From sequence record PP886230: DNA of 64,000 nucleotides; one strand, written 5' to 3'. The notes beneath the pieces were generated by a model. The model was given only the letters and a program-made list of their open reading frames with translations, was not told the origin of the DNA and ran no database searches. The position numbers and the translations under genes are program-made. This DNA is from Escherichia phage vB_EcoM_E9.1. Below, in pieces: positions 55,237-63,086 of this stretch (positions are counted from its first letter, which is position 1; each line of letters starts with the position of its first letter).

Positions 55237-55494
55237 ATGGCTGTAGGATTCGCGAAAGATGGGGCCGAGCAAGACGAGATTAACGCAGTGATTCAGGCCG
55301 CCGTTAACCACGCTAGAAAGCAAATTAACGCACAAATAGAATCACTGATACATTGCCTCGACTGCGGCGATATAATCCCTGAGAAACGACGCCAGGCCGT
55401 TAAGGGATGTAAGTACTGCATAACTTGCCAGGAGGATCATGATAGTACTTTTAAACGTCCCCCGCGTAATTGTTGGCATAGATCTATGAGATAA
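55237..55494 (+). CDS. TraR/DksA-family C4 zinc-finger protein
   Basis: CLDCGDIIPEKRRQAV..CKYCITCQE matches the TraR C-x2-C-x17-C-x2-C finger and basic PE.RR motif. Confidence 0.7.
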   Translation: MAVGFAKDGAEQDEINAVIQAAVNHARKQINAQIESLIHCLDCGDIIPEKRRQAVKGCKYCITCQEDHDSTFKRPPRNCWHRSMR

Positions 55495-55500
55495 AAAGTA

Positions 55501-55528
55501 TTGACAGTACTGAAAGATAGTGTATAAT
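55501..55528 (+). promoter_or_regulatory. sigma70-type promoter upstream of GNAT-like gene
   Basis: TTGACA - 16 nt - TG-TATAAT. Confidence 0.55.
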
Positions 55529-55557
55529 GTTTTATATCTTAACTGAGGATAGTAATC

Positions 55558-55914
55558 ATGGGAATACAACATATCACGCGTACTACTGACAATGGCGAGA
55601 TCACTGGCTATCAAGTACAGGGCAAAGTAGCACAATTGCAGTACTGGTTTGTGAAACGTGGAATCATTGCACCGGATCTTGATTATGACCGTGTAGCGTT
55701 TATTGATTCTCTTTATGTTGATCCTGATAGTCGGGGCAATGGTGAAGGTAACGAATTAATGAATGCCTTTATTGATGCCGCCGATGATTCAGATTGTATC
55801 ATTTTAGAATGCGATACGGGAGAAGATAACGCCTTTAATCTTAAAGAATGGTACGAAGGTTTCGGATTCGAGGTACTGATCGATAGTGAATATCCTATCA
55901 TGATTTTATCATAG
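55558..55914 (+). CDS. GNAT-like acetyltransferase domain protein
   Basis: LYVDPDSRGNGEGNELM resembles GNAT motif A (R-G-x-G-x-G); C-terminal YEGFGF. Confidence 0.5.
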   Translation: MGIQHITRTTDNGEITGYQVQGKVAQLQYWFVKRGIIAPDLDYDRVAFIDSLYVDPDSRGNGEGNELMNAFIDAADDSDCIILECDTGEDNAFNLKEWYEGFGFEVLIDSEYPIMILS

Positions 55915-55992
55915 TACTTGCATTTAGTTTTCAGTACTGTTATAGTACTTGCATCAAGGGGAAACATCTTCCCCTACTAAGAGGAAATAAAA

Positions 55993-56181
55993 ATGGAAAA
56001 CTTATCAAGTATTTTAGTACAAGATGATTTCGGTAATCCTGGAAGTGCTATCATTGTTCGGGGTAATAAAGCAACGTTTGTTATTGCTGGTGGACCAGTA
56101 CAGCGTAGCATTAAAAATAATGCTGTTACCATTAATAATGTACGCTATCGCTTAGATAAAGAATTGATTCATAAACTGTAA
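55993..56181 (+). CDS. hypothetical protein (62 aa)
   Basis: cassette upstream; RBS agagga. Confidence 0.55.
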   Translation: MENLSSILVQDDFGNPGSAIIVRGNKATFVIAGGPVQRSIKNNAVTINNVRYRLDKELIHKL

Positions 56182-56208
56182 TATTAATTTAATAGAGGAT
56201 AACAATAA

Positions 56209-56532
56209 ATGTACATTCATACTACTATCACAAAGGAAGTCCGTTGCCAGTTCGAAAGTATTCCGGGCGTATGTTTCATCACTGGTACGTTTTCCCCTGG
56301 TGATCGTGATAATCCAGTACTGTTACAATTACGCCATCCATCATGGGATAAAGCATTTGATCTACCGTTGAATGAATTCGCAACTACTGCTGAAAAGTAC
56401 ATTAAAAATATTCGCGAGAATGATCGACTATTCATTAATGCTTTTAGTGATTCCGCGTTAAGCGAGATCCACGGCGTATTGGTTGCAATCATGGAATCAA
56501 TGCAGAAAACTAAATTCAAACAAGGTGAATAA
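56209..56532 (+). CDS. hypothetical protein (107 aa)
   Basis: RBS gagga. Confidence 0.55.
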   Translation: MYIHTTITKEVRCQFESIPGVCFITGTFSPGDRDNPVLLQLRHPSWDKAFDLPLNEFATTAEKYIKNIRENDRLFINAFSDSALSEIHGVLVAIMESMQKTKFKQGE

Positions 56533-56538
56533 AAACTA

Positions 56539-56598
56539 TTGACAATGCAACCCAGTACTGTATAATAGTTTACATGAAGGGGAGAAATGATTCTCCCC
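56539..56598 (+). promoter_or_regulatory. PeSL-like cassette
   Basis: TTGACA .. gtactgTATAAT .. GGGGAGAAatgaTTCTCCCC. Confidence 0.6.
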
Positions 56599-56615
56599 AC
56601 TGAGAGGAAAGAAAA

Positions 56616-56828
56616 ATGCAAGGTCAACTAATCGTTCGTAAATGGTCTGATACTAACGAAAAACCGTGGGATGTACAATACATCGGACCGGATGGGGTAT
56701 CACGTTATCAGCCTGGCGTAACGCATAGTACTGAGCAATATGCCGCCGCTCACCGCGAACGCCTGTTAGAATCCATGAAACAGGGATTCTGTGAAAAATT
56801 CATTCAAGATCATTGGCTGAAAGATTAA
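56616..56828 (+). CDS. hypothetical protein (70 aa)
   Basis: cassette upstream; RBS gagagga. Confidence 0.55.
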   Translation: MQGQLIVRKWSDTNEKPWDVQYIGPDGVSRYQPGVTHSTEQYAAAHRERLLESMKQGFCEKFIQDHWLKD

Positions 56829-56845
56829 TAGAAGGAGTACAGCTT

Positions 56846-56938
56846 ATGCAAATGAATCCGATGATTATTGTTTTAGCTGTACTTATGATCATTCATGCAA
56901 TTGTAGAAGTATTAACGCAATCAGGAGTAATAAAATGA
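56846..56938 (+). CDS. small hydrophobic peptide (30 aa)
   Basis: RBS aggag; single TM-like helix; not in track. Confidence 0.4.
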   Translation: MQMNPMIIVLAVLMIIHAIVEVLTQSGVIK

Positions 56939-57108
56939 TTCAAGTAGAATTATCAGTACTGAAAGATCTGTTTTATCGGTTAGGTACTACTGGAGAGTAT
57001 CCTAAAAGTGATACCGCAAAACTTTTTGTATCACTCGACTTATGGCAACGCGAACAATTAGTAATGTCCTGGCGTAAAGGTAAAGCAGATCGCGAGGTGA
57101 AAGCATGA
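56935..57108 (+). CDS. hypothetical small protein (57 aa)
   Basis: ATGA overlap; not in track. Confidence 0.4.
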   Translation: MIQVELSVLKDLFYRLGTTGEYPKSDTAKLFVSLDLWQREQLVMSWRKGKADREVKA

Positions 57109-57254
57109 AAGAATTCTTATTCGAAGTAGTGTTTCAAGGTGTCGGTAGTAACCAACTGATTCGCTCAAGTGGTTACAATGTTAACCAGGCATGGAATAAC
57201 ATTAAACAAATGTACCCGAACGCTATCACCTATCGCAACCCGAAAGAAGTTTAA
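57105..57254 (+). CDS. hypothetical small protein (49 aa)
   Basis: ATGA overlap; not in track. Confidence 0.4.
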   Translation: MKEFLFEVVFQGVGSNQLIRSSGYNVNQAWNNIKQMYPNAITYRNPKEV

Positions 57255-57267
57255 AAATATTTGAAAA

Positions 57268-57303
57268 AGGGATTGACTCCGGTCAGTCCCTTTGCTATTA
57301 TAT
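57268..57303 (+). terminator. terminator/promoter hybrid element (second-half variant)
   Basis: GGGATTGACtccgGTCAGTCCCttt GC TATTAT. Confidence 0.55.
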
Positions 57304-57391
57304 ACGCATAGAAACAATTCAGCCCACCGGGTGCATAAATGTATCTATTATATGCTGGTGGCTAGTACTGAAAACTATTTTTAAAAAGTAC

Positions 57392-57535
57392 TTGCATTGT
57401 ATTTAGAATCAAGTATAATGTTTTACATCAGGACGGGGAACGAAACAAGTAACCCCGTTAAGTAGTCCAGGAGTAAGACATACGAAAACCTCCCCTGATA
57501 AAATAGTTTGACAATAGAAATTAAACGAGTATAAT
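57392..57535 (+). promoter_or_regulatory. dual-promoter module with conserved inter-promoter element (copy 2)
   Basis: TTGCAT..TATAAT, element caggacgggg...cccctg (~57429-57496), TTGACA..TATAAT. Confidence 0.55.
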
Positions 57536-57567
57536 ACTTACATCAACCACTGATAAGGAAACATAAA

Positions 57568-57843
57568 ATGCGGATTCTACTGACAGCTAACGAAATCGAA
57601 CAAGTACTGACTACTAACCTGGAAGACTGGAAACGTGAAGCAGATATCCAGGCGGTTCAATGGTTAAATGATAAGTTAACGCCGGATGACTTAAGCAAGA
57701 TTGTAGATCCTCAATTCTACGAAGATATCCACGACACCGCGTTAAGCGTCGAGGATGTACTAGATAAGCACTTTATTGATACTGATTTGCAGGTTTACGG
57801 TCGTAAAAACTTTATCACTATTCACGACATTTACAATAATTAA
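57568..57843 (+). CDS. hypothetical protein (91 aa)
   Basis: downstream of dual-promoter module; RBS aagga. Confidence 0.55.
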   Translation: MRILLTANEIEQVLTTNLEDWKREADIQAVQWLNDKLTPDDLSKIVDPQFYEDIHDTALSVEDVLDKHFIDTDLQVYGRKNFITIHDIYNN

Positions 57844-57846
57844 GTA

Positions 57847-57908
57847 TTGACAAAGTATCTTAGTACTGTATAATAGTTTACATCAAGCGAGGGGAATGGT
57901 TCCCCTCC
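57847..57908 (+). promoter_or_regulatory. PeSL-like cassette
   Basis: TTGACA .. gtactgTATAAT .. GAGGGGAAtggTTCCCCTC. Confidence 0.6.
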
Positions 57909-57930
57909 TAACTAAAAGAGAGAAATAAAA

Positions 57931-58113
57931 ATGGCTAAGTGCACTATCTGCAAGAAAGAAATAGTATTAGTTCCAAGTGCCCGTGAACGTGCCGCTCGGT
58001 TCGGTGGCAAAGCGTCAGACTATACAAAAATGTTTACTACCCATACAGCTTGCCAGGTAGCAAAACGTTCACAAGAAAGCGTAGAATTAATGCGTAAACT
58101 TTCCAAAAAATAA
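57931..58113 (+). CDS. small basic Cys-containing protein (60 aa)
   Basis: CTICKKE....HTACQ; cassette upstream. Confidence 0.55.
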   Translation: MAKCTICKKEIVLVPSARERAARFGGKASDYTKMFTTHTACQVAKRSQESVELMRKLSKK

Positions 58114-58116
58114 GTA

Positions 58117-58179
58117 TTGACAAAGTATCTTAGTACTGTATAATAGTTTACATCAAGTGAGGGGAAACGGTTCCCCTCC
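58117..58179 (+). promoter_or_regulatory. PeSL-like cassette
   Basis: TTGACA .. gtactgTATAAT .. GAGGGGAAacggTTCCCCTC. Confidence 0.6.
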
Positions 58180-58201
58180 TAACAAAGAGAGAGAAATAAA
58201 A

Positions 58202-58525
58202 ATGGCTATGATCCTTGCCCAGAAAGTAGAATTGAAAATTGTAACCTCCTTTGACATTAACGTTAATCGGTGGACTGATTCACACGGCAATACTTACCAC
58301 TCTTGCTACGTGTCTGCGTTAATTGGCGACCGCTGGGAAGACCTGGGACACGAAACCTTTACATACGGTTACGGTACACAAGGCGAATACACGGGCTTGG
58401 AGATCATTAAAGAAACCGTTATAGGTTTCAACCCGAAAGAAAAAGTTATTCACCGCATCGAGGAAGAGATCAACAAAGAAATAACAGTTCGCTACCACGA
58501 TGTAAAACGTAAGAAAGACATGTAA
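58202..58525 (+). CDS. hypothetical protein; paralog of 51318 ORF
   Basis: internal ATG (MAMILAQ); shared motifs with 51318. Confidence 0.55.
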   Translation: MAMILAQKVELKIVTSFDINVNRWTDSHGNTYHSCYVSALIGDRWEDLGHETFTYGYGTQGEYTGLEIIKETVIGFNPKEKVIHRIEEEINKEITVRYHDVKRKKDM

Positions 58526-58620
58526 TAGAATCCATTTAAAGTACTATTTGACATTGCCCAGATAGTACTTTATAATAGACTCTAACTTGTAGTACTAACT
58601 TAACTAATAGGATGTATACC

Positions 58621-59016
58621 ATGATTACTAAATTCTACGCTACCCGTGAAGCTGCCCGTATTGTTGCACGCGAGGAAGGCGAAACATTTAAAGACATGGG
58701 CAAAGATGCACCGAAAGGTCAACGCTGGGCCGTACAGTTCAAAGAGATCTCTGATATTGTGAATTCACCGGAGCCAGTACTAACAGCAGCAGAACTAAAA
58801 CGAGCGGATTTACTGGCGTCAATACTTGATGCACAAGATGAGTTTATCGCTGATTCTGATATCAAAGTACAGACAAACCACACCGCTTGGACTCACGCGG
58901 ATCACCTGGCAAACCTTAAGCGTCCAAGTGAACTGATTCGCAACCAGAAAGAGATCCGACACGACCGTAAGGGTAATCGTGTAACAGTATACAGTAAACG
59001 CCGCCAGGTTATCTAA
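58621..59016 (+). CDS. hypothetical protein; paralog of 46404 ORF
   Basis: KFYATREAARIVAR..TFKDMG..DRKGNRVTVY; terminator downstream. Confidence 0.6.
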   Translation: MITKFYATREAARIVAREEGETFKDMGKDAPKGQRWAVQFKEISDIVNSPEPVLTAAELKRADLLASILDAQDEFIADSDIKVQTNHTAWTHADHLANLKRPSELIRNQKEIRHDRKGNRVTVYSKRRQVI

Positions 59017-59039
59017 TAACTTGCAGTACTAACAACACG

Positions 59040-59065
59040 GCGGGATCAGTTCCCGCCTTTTTTAT
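59040..59065 (+). terminator. intrinsic terminator
   Basis: ggcgggatcagttcccgcc + tttttt. Confidence 0.7.
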
Positions 59066-59077
59066 AGGACAAACAAA

Positions 59078-59332
59078 ATGATTAAGGTTCAACTATATAA
59101 AGATAACATCTTACGGGTACACTATAAAGCACCTCAGAGAATCATCACAAAGGCCGTACAGCTTGCTAATGAGTTTATTAATGGTAACCTATTACCAAGG
59201 AAGTTAAGCAACGGGAAACTGCGTGTAATCGATGTGGACACTAACAACAGAATAGTAATAGAGAACACAGGAAAAATAAACCTATATGAACACCAACAAT
59301 ATAATAAGAAAATAAAACTAATATCACGTTGA
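59078..59332 (+). CDS. hypothetical protein (84 aa)
   Basis: ORF after terminator. Confidence 0.5.
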   Translation: MIKVQLYKDNILRVHYKAPQRIITKAVQLANEFINGNLLPRKLSNGKLRVIDVDTNNRIVIENTGKINLYEHQQYNKKIKLISR

Positions 59333-59385
59333 CAGTACTCAAATGTTTTAGTACTATATGTACATACCAACACGGGGGAAACAAA

Positions 59386-59628
59386 ATGATTACTTTAGAA
59401 AAACGTATCAAAGAAACTACATCGCTGGTGGAACTGTTAACAGTACTCAAATGTAAAACAACACCATTCAGCACGCCGGACTTTATTAATATGGTTGATG
59501 TTAATGGTCGCTATCGTATCACGGTCGAACAAGGAGCGGCGAAAGTATTCAGTACTAAAAACACGAAGGAAGTGATCCACGCCGTTAATGTTAAAAAAGT
59601 AGTTGCCATTGATAGTAAAGTACTGTAA
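59386..59628 (+). CDS. hypothetical protein
   Basis: internal ATG (MITLEKRIKE) after RBS. Confidence 0.5.
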   Translation: MITLEKRIKETTSLVELLTVLKCKTTPFSTPDFINMVDVNGRYRITVEQGAAKVFSTKNTKEVIHAVNVKKVVAIDSKVL

Positions 59629-59659
59629 GATAGTTACATTAACTCAAGGAGAACATGCA

Positions 59660-60244
59660 ATGCGTAATTATACTAAATTCATCCGTACACTGTCAGAAAT
59701 GGAAACCAACAAAGAGATCCTTTCAGCTTGTCGGTTAGCTGGCCTGGAGATCATCGGTGCTGGTTCTTCCCGTATAGTATTCGCTTTAAATGATCGGTTA
59801 GTGATTAAGGTCGCGAATTGTGATGCGGGTGTAGAACAAAATGAAACTGAATGTAAGGTATGGAATTTTTTAGACTATGACCGCCCTCAGTTGAAACAGT
59901 ACTTTGCAAAGGTGCATATGCATTTATGCGATCCTGATAATATGTTTATCGTTATGGATCGGTTGAGTACTGCAAGCAAAGGCAGCGTAAAGCACGTTAA
60001 CGCGTGCAACGAATTAAAGTATAATATTAAACGTAATGCCATTGAACGCCAGCACCGCTTTGCTGATGCACTACAACACGTTGATGATACATTATCAACA
60101 CTAACGATAAGAGATATCAGAAAACAGAATATCGGCCAGGATCGTAATGGACTTATTAAAGTACTTGATTACGGTTTAACCCGCAATATCTGGAATCAGT
60201 ACTATAAAAAGCGTGATGTAGAAGCAAGTAAGGTAACACGATAA
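59660..60244 (+). CDS. mini protein-kinase-like protein
   Basis: IGAGSSRIVF (Gly loop), VIKVA (Lys), RDIRKQN (catalytic loop D-x4-N), VLDYG (DFG-like); internal ATG with RBS aaggag. Confidence 0.6.
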   Translation: MRNYTKFIRTLSEMETNKEILSACRLAGLEIIGAGSSRIVFALNDRLVIKVANCDAGVEQNETECKVWNFLDYDRPQLKQYFAKVHMHLCDPDNMFIVMDRLSTASKGSVKHVNACNELKYNIKRNAIERQHRFADALQHVDDTLSTLTIRDIRKQNIGQDRNGLIKVLDYGLTRNIWNQYYKKRDVEASKVTR

Positions 60245-60258
60245 AAAAAGATTAAAAA

Positions 60259-60295
60259 AGGGATTGACTCCGGTCAGTCCCTTTGCTATTATATA
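60259..60295 (+). terminator. terminator/promoter hybrid element (second-half variant)
   Basis: same as 57268 copy. Confidence 0.55.
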
Positions 60296-60385
60296 TTCAT
60301 TGAGAGATAACTCACTGACCCATAGGGTGCGGAAGTGTATCTATTATATAAGTATTCAGTACTGAAAACTATTTTTAAAAAGTAC

Positions 60386-60446
60386 TTGCATTGTACTTAG
60401 AATCAAGTATAATGTTTTATATCGAGAGGGGAAATGGTTCTCCCTC
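60386..60446 (+). promoter_or_regulatory. PeSL-like cassette
   Basis: TTGCAT .. TATAAT .. GAGAGGGGAAatggTTCTCCCTC. Confidence 0.6.
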
Positions 60447-60466
60447 AAAGAACAAGGAATAAAATC

Positions 60467-60688
60467 ATGACTACAATGACTTGCATTCACGCTTCAAACC
60501 TGCTTAATGATGCGGCCTTTAATGTTGAAACAGAATATCAATGTTATCGGGATGAAAATAAAAAAGTTTTTGTAGTTGATAATAATGGTTTCCATATTGA
60601 ATTGCAATCCGGCTTCACTGGCGTTGATGGTAAATCAGTATGGGGCGTACAGGATGATAAAGGCACATATCATTTTAAACGTAATTAA
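60467..60688 (+). CDS. hypothetical protein
   Basis: internal ATG (MTTMTCIH) after RBS aagga. Confidence 0.5.
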   Translation: MTTMTCIHASNLLNDAAFNVETEYQCYRDENKKVFVVDNNGFHIELQSGFTGVDGKSVWGVQDDKGTYHFKRN

Positions 60689-60691
60689 GTA

Positions 60692-60750
60692 TTGACAAAG
60701 TATATCAGTACTGTATAATAGTTTACATCAAGGGGAGAATAGTTCTCCCC
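60692..60750 (+). promoter_or_regulatory. PeSL-like cassette
   Basis: TTGACA .. gtactgTATAAT .. GGGGAGAAtagTTCTCCCC. Confidence 0.6.
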
Positions 60751-60774
60751 ACACCAATAAAAGGAAACATAATT

Positions 60775-61047
60775 ATGTCTAGCTACTCCGCTACTATGAT
60801 CATTAAAGATATGAACGGTAATCCTACTTCTGCTGGTGGATCATTTGGAAACATTAATTTAGATGGTCGGTTATCCATGCAATCAGCAATCGATGCAGCG
60901 AAAGAAGTTTTTAAGAATGAATGTACTGTTAGTAAGCTGGATTATATGGGATTTGCTATCGAAAAAACTAATCGTTTTGTGGACTACAAAAAACCACTGA
61001 TGATTGATACTAACCTGAAAGCAAACGAAGTGGAGTACTTATTATGA
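60775..61047 (+). CDS. hypothetical protein (90 aa)
   Basis: cassette upstream; RBS aagga. Confidence 0.55.
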   Translation: MSSYSATMIIKDMNGNPTSAGGSFGNINLDGRLSMQSAIDAAKEVFKNECTVSKLDYMGFAIEKTNRFVDYKKPLMIDTNLKANEVEYLL

Positions 61048-61235
61048 CAGTTGAAGAAGTAAAAAAAGTACTGGCAGTACTACGCTATCATAATCATTGT
61101 AAGGTGAAGAATGATCCTGATTATCTTGATTCATCCCTGGAAGAGGATACACTACAAGCAATAAGCCATATGCAAAAAATGCTTAAGCGTATGACCGAAA
61201 AGAACAGGCCAGACTATATCGGAAATAAAATTTAA
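61044..61235 (+). CDS. hypothetical protein (63 aa)
   Basis: ATGA overlap. Confidence 0.5.
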   Translation: MTVEEVKKVLAVLRYHNHCKVKNDPDYLDSSLEEDTLQAISHMQKMLKRMTEKNRPDYIGNKI

Positions 61236-61242
61236 AAAGTAC

Positions 61243-61303
61243 TTGCATTGTAGTTAGATTAACGTATAATGTTTTACATAGAGCGGGGGAATAGTTCTCC
61301 CGC
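61243..61303 (+). promoter_or_regulatory. PeSL-like cassette
   Basis: TTGCAT .. TATAAT .. GCGGGGGAAtagTTCTCCCGC. Confidence 0.6.
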
Positions 61304-61321
61304 CAGTCCAGGAGATACACC

Positions 61322-61585
61322 ATGAACACTATCGAAATCACTATCAATGCACACGTATACGACAACGTAGTACTGCAAACTACTATGACCGCTAATGATA
61401 CCAGTACTTTGCGGAATACTGTTATTAGTGCCGTATGTGCCGCTATCGGTGATGTCGCCCTGGAAAATGCAAAACACGTAAACGATGGTTTCACTATGTG
61501 CAAACGTGATAACGCAAAACATATCATCGTGGAAGGTTACGGCGGTGTAGAATTTAATGTTTATATGAAAAAAGTACTTGCATAA
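61322..61585 (+). CDS. hypothetical protein (87 aa)
   Basis: cassette upstream; RBS aggag. Confidence 0.55.
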   Translation: MNTIEITINAHVYDNVVLQTTMTANDTSTLRNTVISAVCAAIGDVALENAKHVNDGFTMCKRDNAKHIIVEGYGGVEFNVYMKKVLA

Positions 61586-61634
61586 TAACTAAAACAAAGT
61601 ATAATGTTTTGCATAGGGGGAGATATCCTCCCCC
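61578..61634 (+). promoter_or_regulatory. PeSL-like cassette
   Basis: TTGCAT .. TATAAT .. GGGGGAGatatCCTCCCCC. Confidence 0.55.
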
Positions 61635-61652
61635 ACTAAAAGGAGTACTAAA

Positions 61653-61877
61653 ATGGCTAACTTTGATGAACTGATGCGGGAAGTAGCTAACCTGGCAGAA
61701 GAGAAGAAATCATTCGATTCTATCTATAACACCGCTCATCGTGATTCAGTACTGGCATGTAACCAGGATCAAAAAGATGAACTAATCGCCACCTATCATG
61801 AAGCATGGAAGTACTACCGACAATGGGAGAAAGAAGAAAGCGAGTCTACCATCAACGGCATCAATAATCTAATCTAA
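61653..61877 (+). CDS. hypothetical protein (74 aa)
   Basis: cassette upstream; RBS aaggag. Confidence 0.55.
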   Translation: MANFDELMREVANLAEEKKSFDSIYNTAHRDSVLACNQDQKDELIATYHEAWKYYRQWEKEESESTINGINNLI

Positions 61878-61953
61878 AAGTTTTATTTCAGTACTATTGA
61901 CATAGCTTGATAGTACTGATGTAATAACTTTACTAACTACAAGGGGAAACATA

Positions 61954-62211
61954 ATGGAACAGTTCACACAATATCGGGTAAATCCTCAAGCTATGGCCTA
62001 CGTAGAAGACCATAAAACGTTACCAGTACTGCAACCAGTTAAAGGCCATATCTATCGTGCAATGTCGTGGTGTGCGGCCCAGGATGGCTATAAAACCGTA
62101 GCCGTGGGTATGTACTGCGGTAATGGTGAATGGTTTGATCCAAATAATCCGGTAGCCATTGACAGTACTGAAAAAATGAAATGGGCCGACTACATCGAAG
62201 ATATTTCATAA
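61954..62211 (+). CDS. hypothetical protein (85 aa)
   Basis: promoter TTGACA..CTGATGTAAT upstream. Confidence 0.5.
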   Translation: MEQFTQYRVNPQAMAYVEDHKTLPVLQPVKGHIYRAMSWCAAQDGYKTVAVGMYCGNGEWFDPNNPVAIDSTEKMKWADYIEDIS

Positions 62212-62218
62212 AAACTAT

Positions 62219-62279
62219 TTGACAGTACTAACCAGTAATGTATAATGTTTTACATAGAGCGGGGGAATAGTTCTCCCGC
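62219..62279 (+). promoter_or_regulatory. PeSL-like cassette
   Basis: TTGACA .. TATAAT .. GCGGGGGAAtagTTCTCCCGC. Confidence 0.6.
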
Positions 62280-62301
62280 CAATAGTTTGGAGTTAAACAT
62301 T

Positions 62302-62502
62302 ATGTCTATCGCTATCTCCCTGGTTGAAGTACTGAAAGAAGCTAAAGCCAACCAGATCGACGTAAAGATCCAGGAACTACAAAACGGCTTAATCGGCTGT
62401 ACTTGTACCGCTGGTGGAGCGGCAGACTATCGAGAACACGAATCACTCGAATCACTGGTTCGGTATCTTTCCATGATCGTTGATGATTGGAGAATCATCT
62501 AA
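62302..62502 (+). CDS. hypothetical protein
   Basis: internal ATG (MSIAISLVEV) after RBS ggag. Confidence 0.5.
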   Translation: MSIAISLVEVLKEAKANQIDVKIQELQNGLIGCTCTAGGAADYREHESLESLVRYLSMIVDDWRII

Positions 62503-62518
62503 CAAAAAAGAATAAAAA

Positions 62519-62555
62519 AGGGATTGACTCCGGTCAGTCCCTTTGCTATTATATA
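62519..62555 (+). terminator. terminator/promoter hybrid element (second-half variant)
   Basis: same as 57268 copy. Confidence 0.55.
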
Positions 62556-62746
62556 CGCATAGACAAAAACTAGCCCACAGGGTGCATAGGTGTATCCAAA
62601 ATATATAGTTAATAACGGTGAGTAACTATCTGCTGGTGGAACTAAAACTATTAATAAAAAAGTATTGACAAAGTATATCAGTACTGCGATAATGTATCTC
62701 GTAGGGCGGCAATGGTGCGACGGCCCACAAAGTTAGGAGATTCAAA

Positions 62747-63079
62747 ATGACTACTTCAATCGCTATCGTTAAAGCTTTCATCCGTACTAATGTTTCCTCT
62801 GTATTCATCGACGGCCTCGACCGTAACGTAGAATACTCAATCATTATCGCACAAACGGCAAACGGTTCTCGGTACATCCTGAATGATAGTGAAGCAAATC
62901 ACTACTACTTCACTAAAGCCACTGGCTTTAAACGCATCGATGCTGATGTAGTATACGCTAAGATGAATAAGCTGGTAGATAAGATTAACGCTAAAGGTAC
63001 TATAGATTTACAGTACTGGACCGAAACCGATCCAGAGTATGGATCTCACCGCTACCTGAATCCAGGTATCAAAATGTAA
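62747..63079 (+). CDS. hypothetical protein (110 aa)
   Basis: promoter upstream; RBS aggag. Confidence 0.55.
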   Translation: MTTSIAIVKAFIRTNVSSVFIDGLDRNVEYSIIIAQTANGSRYILNDSEANHYYFTKATGFKRIDADVVYAKMNKLVDKINAKGTIDLQYWTETDPEYGSHRYLNPGIKM

Positions 63080-63086
63080 AAAGTAC

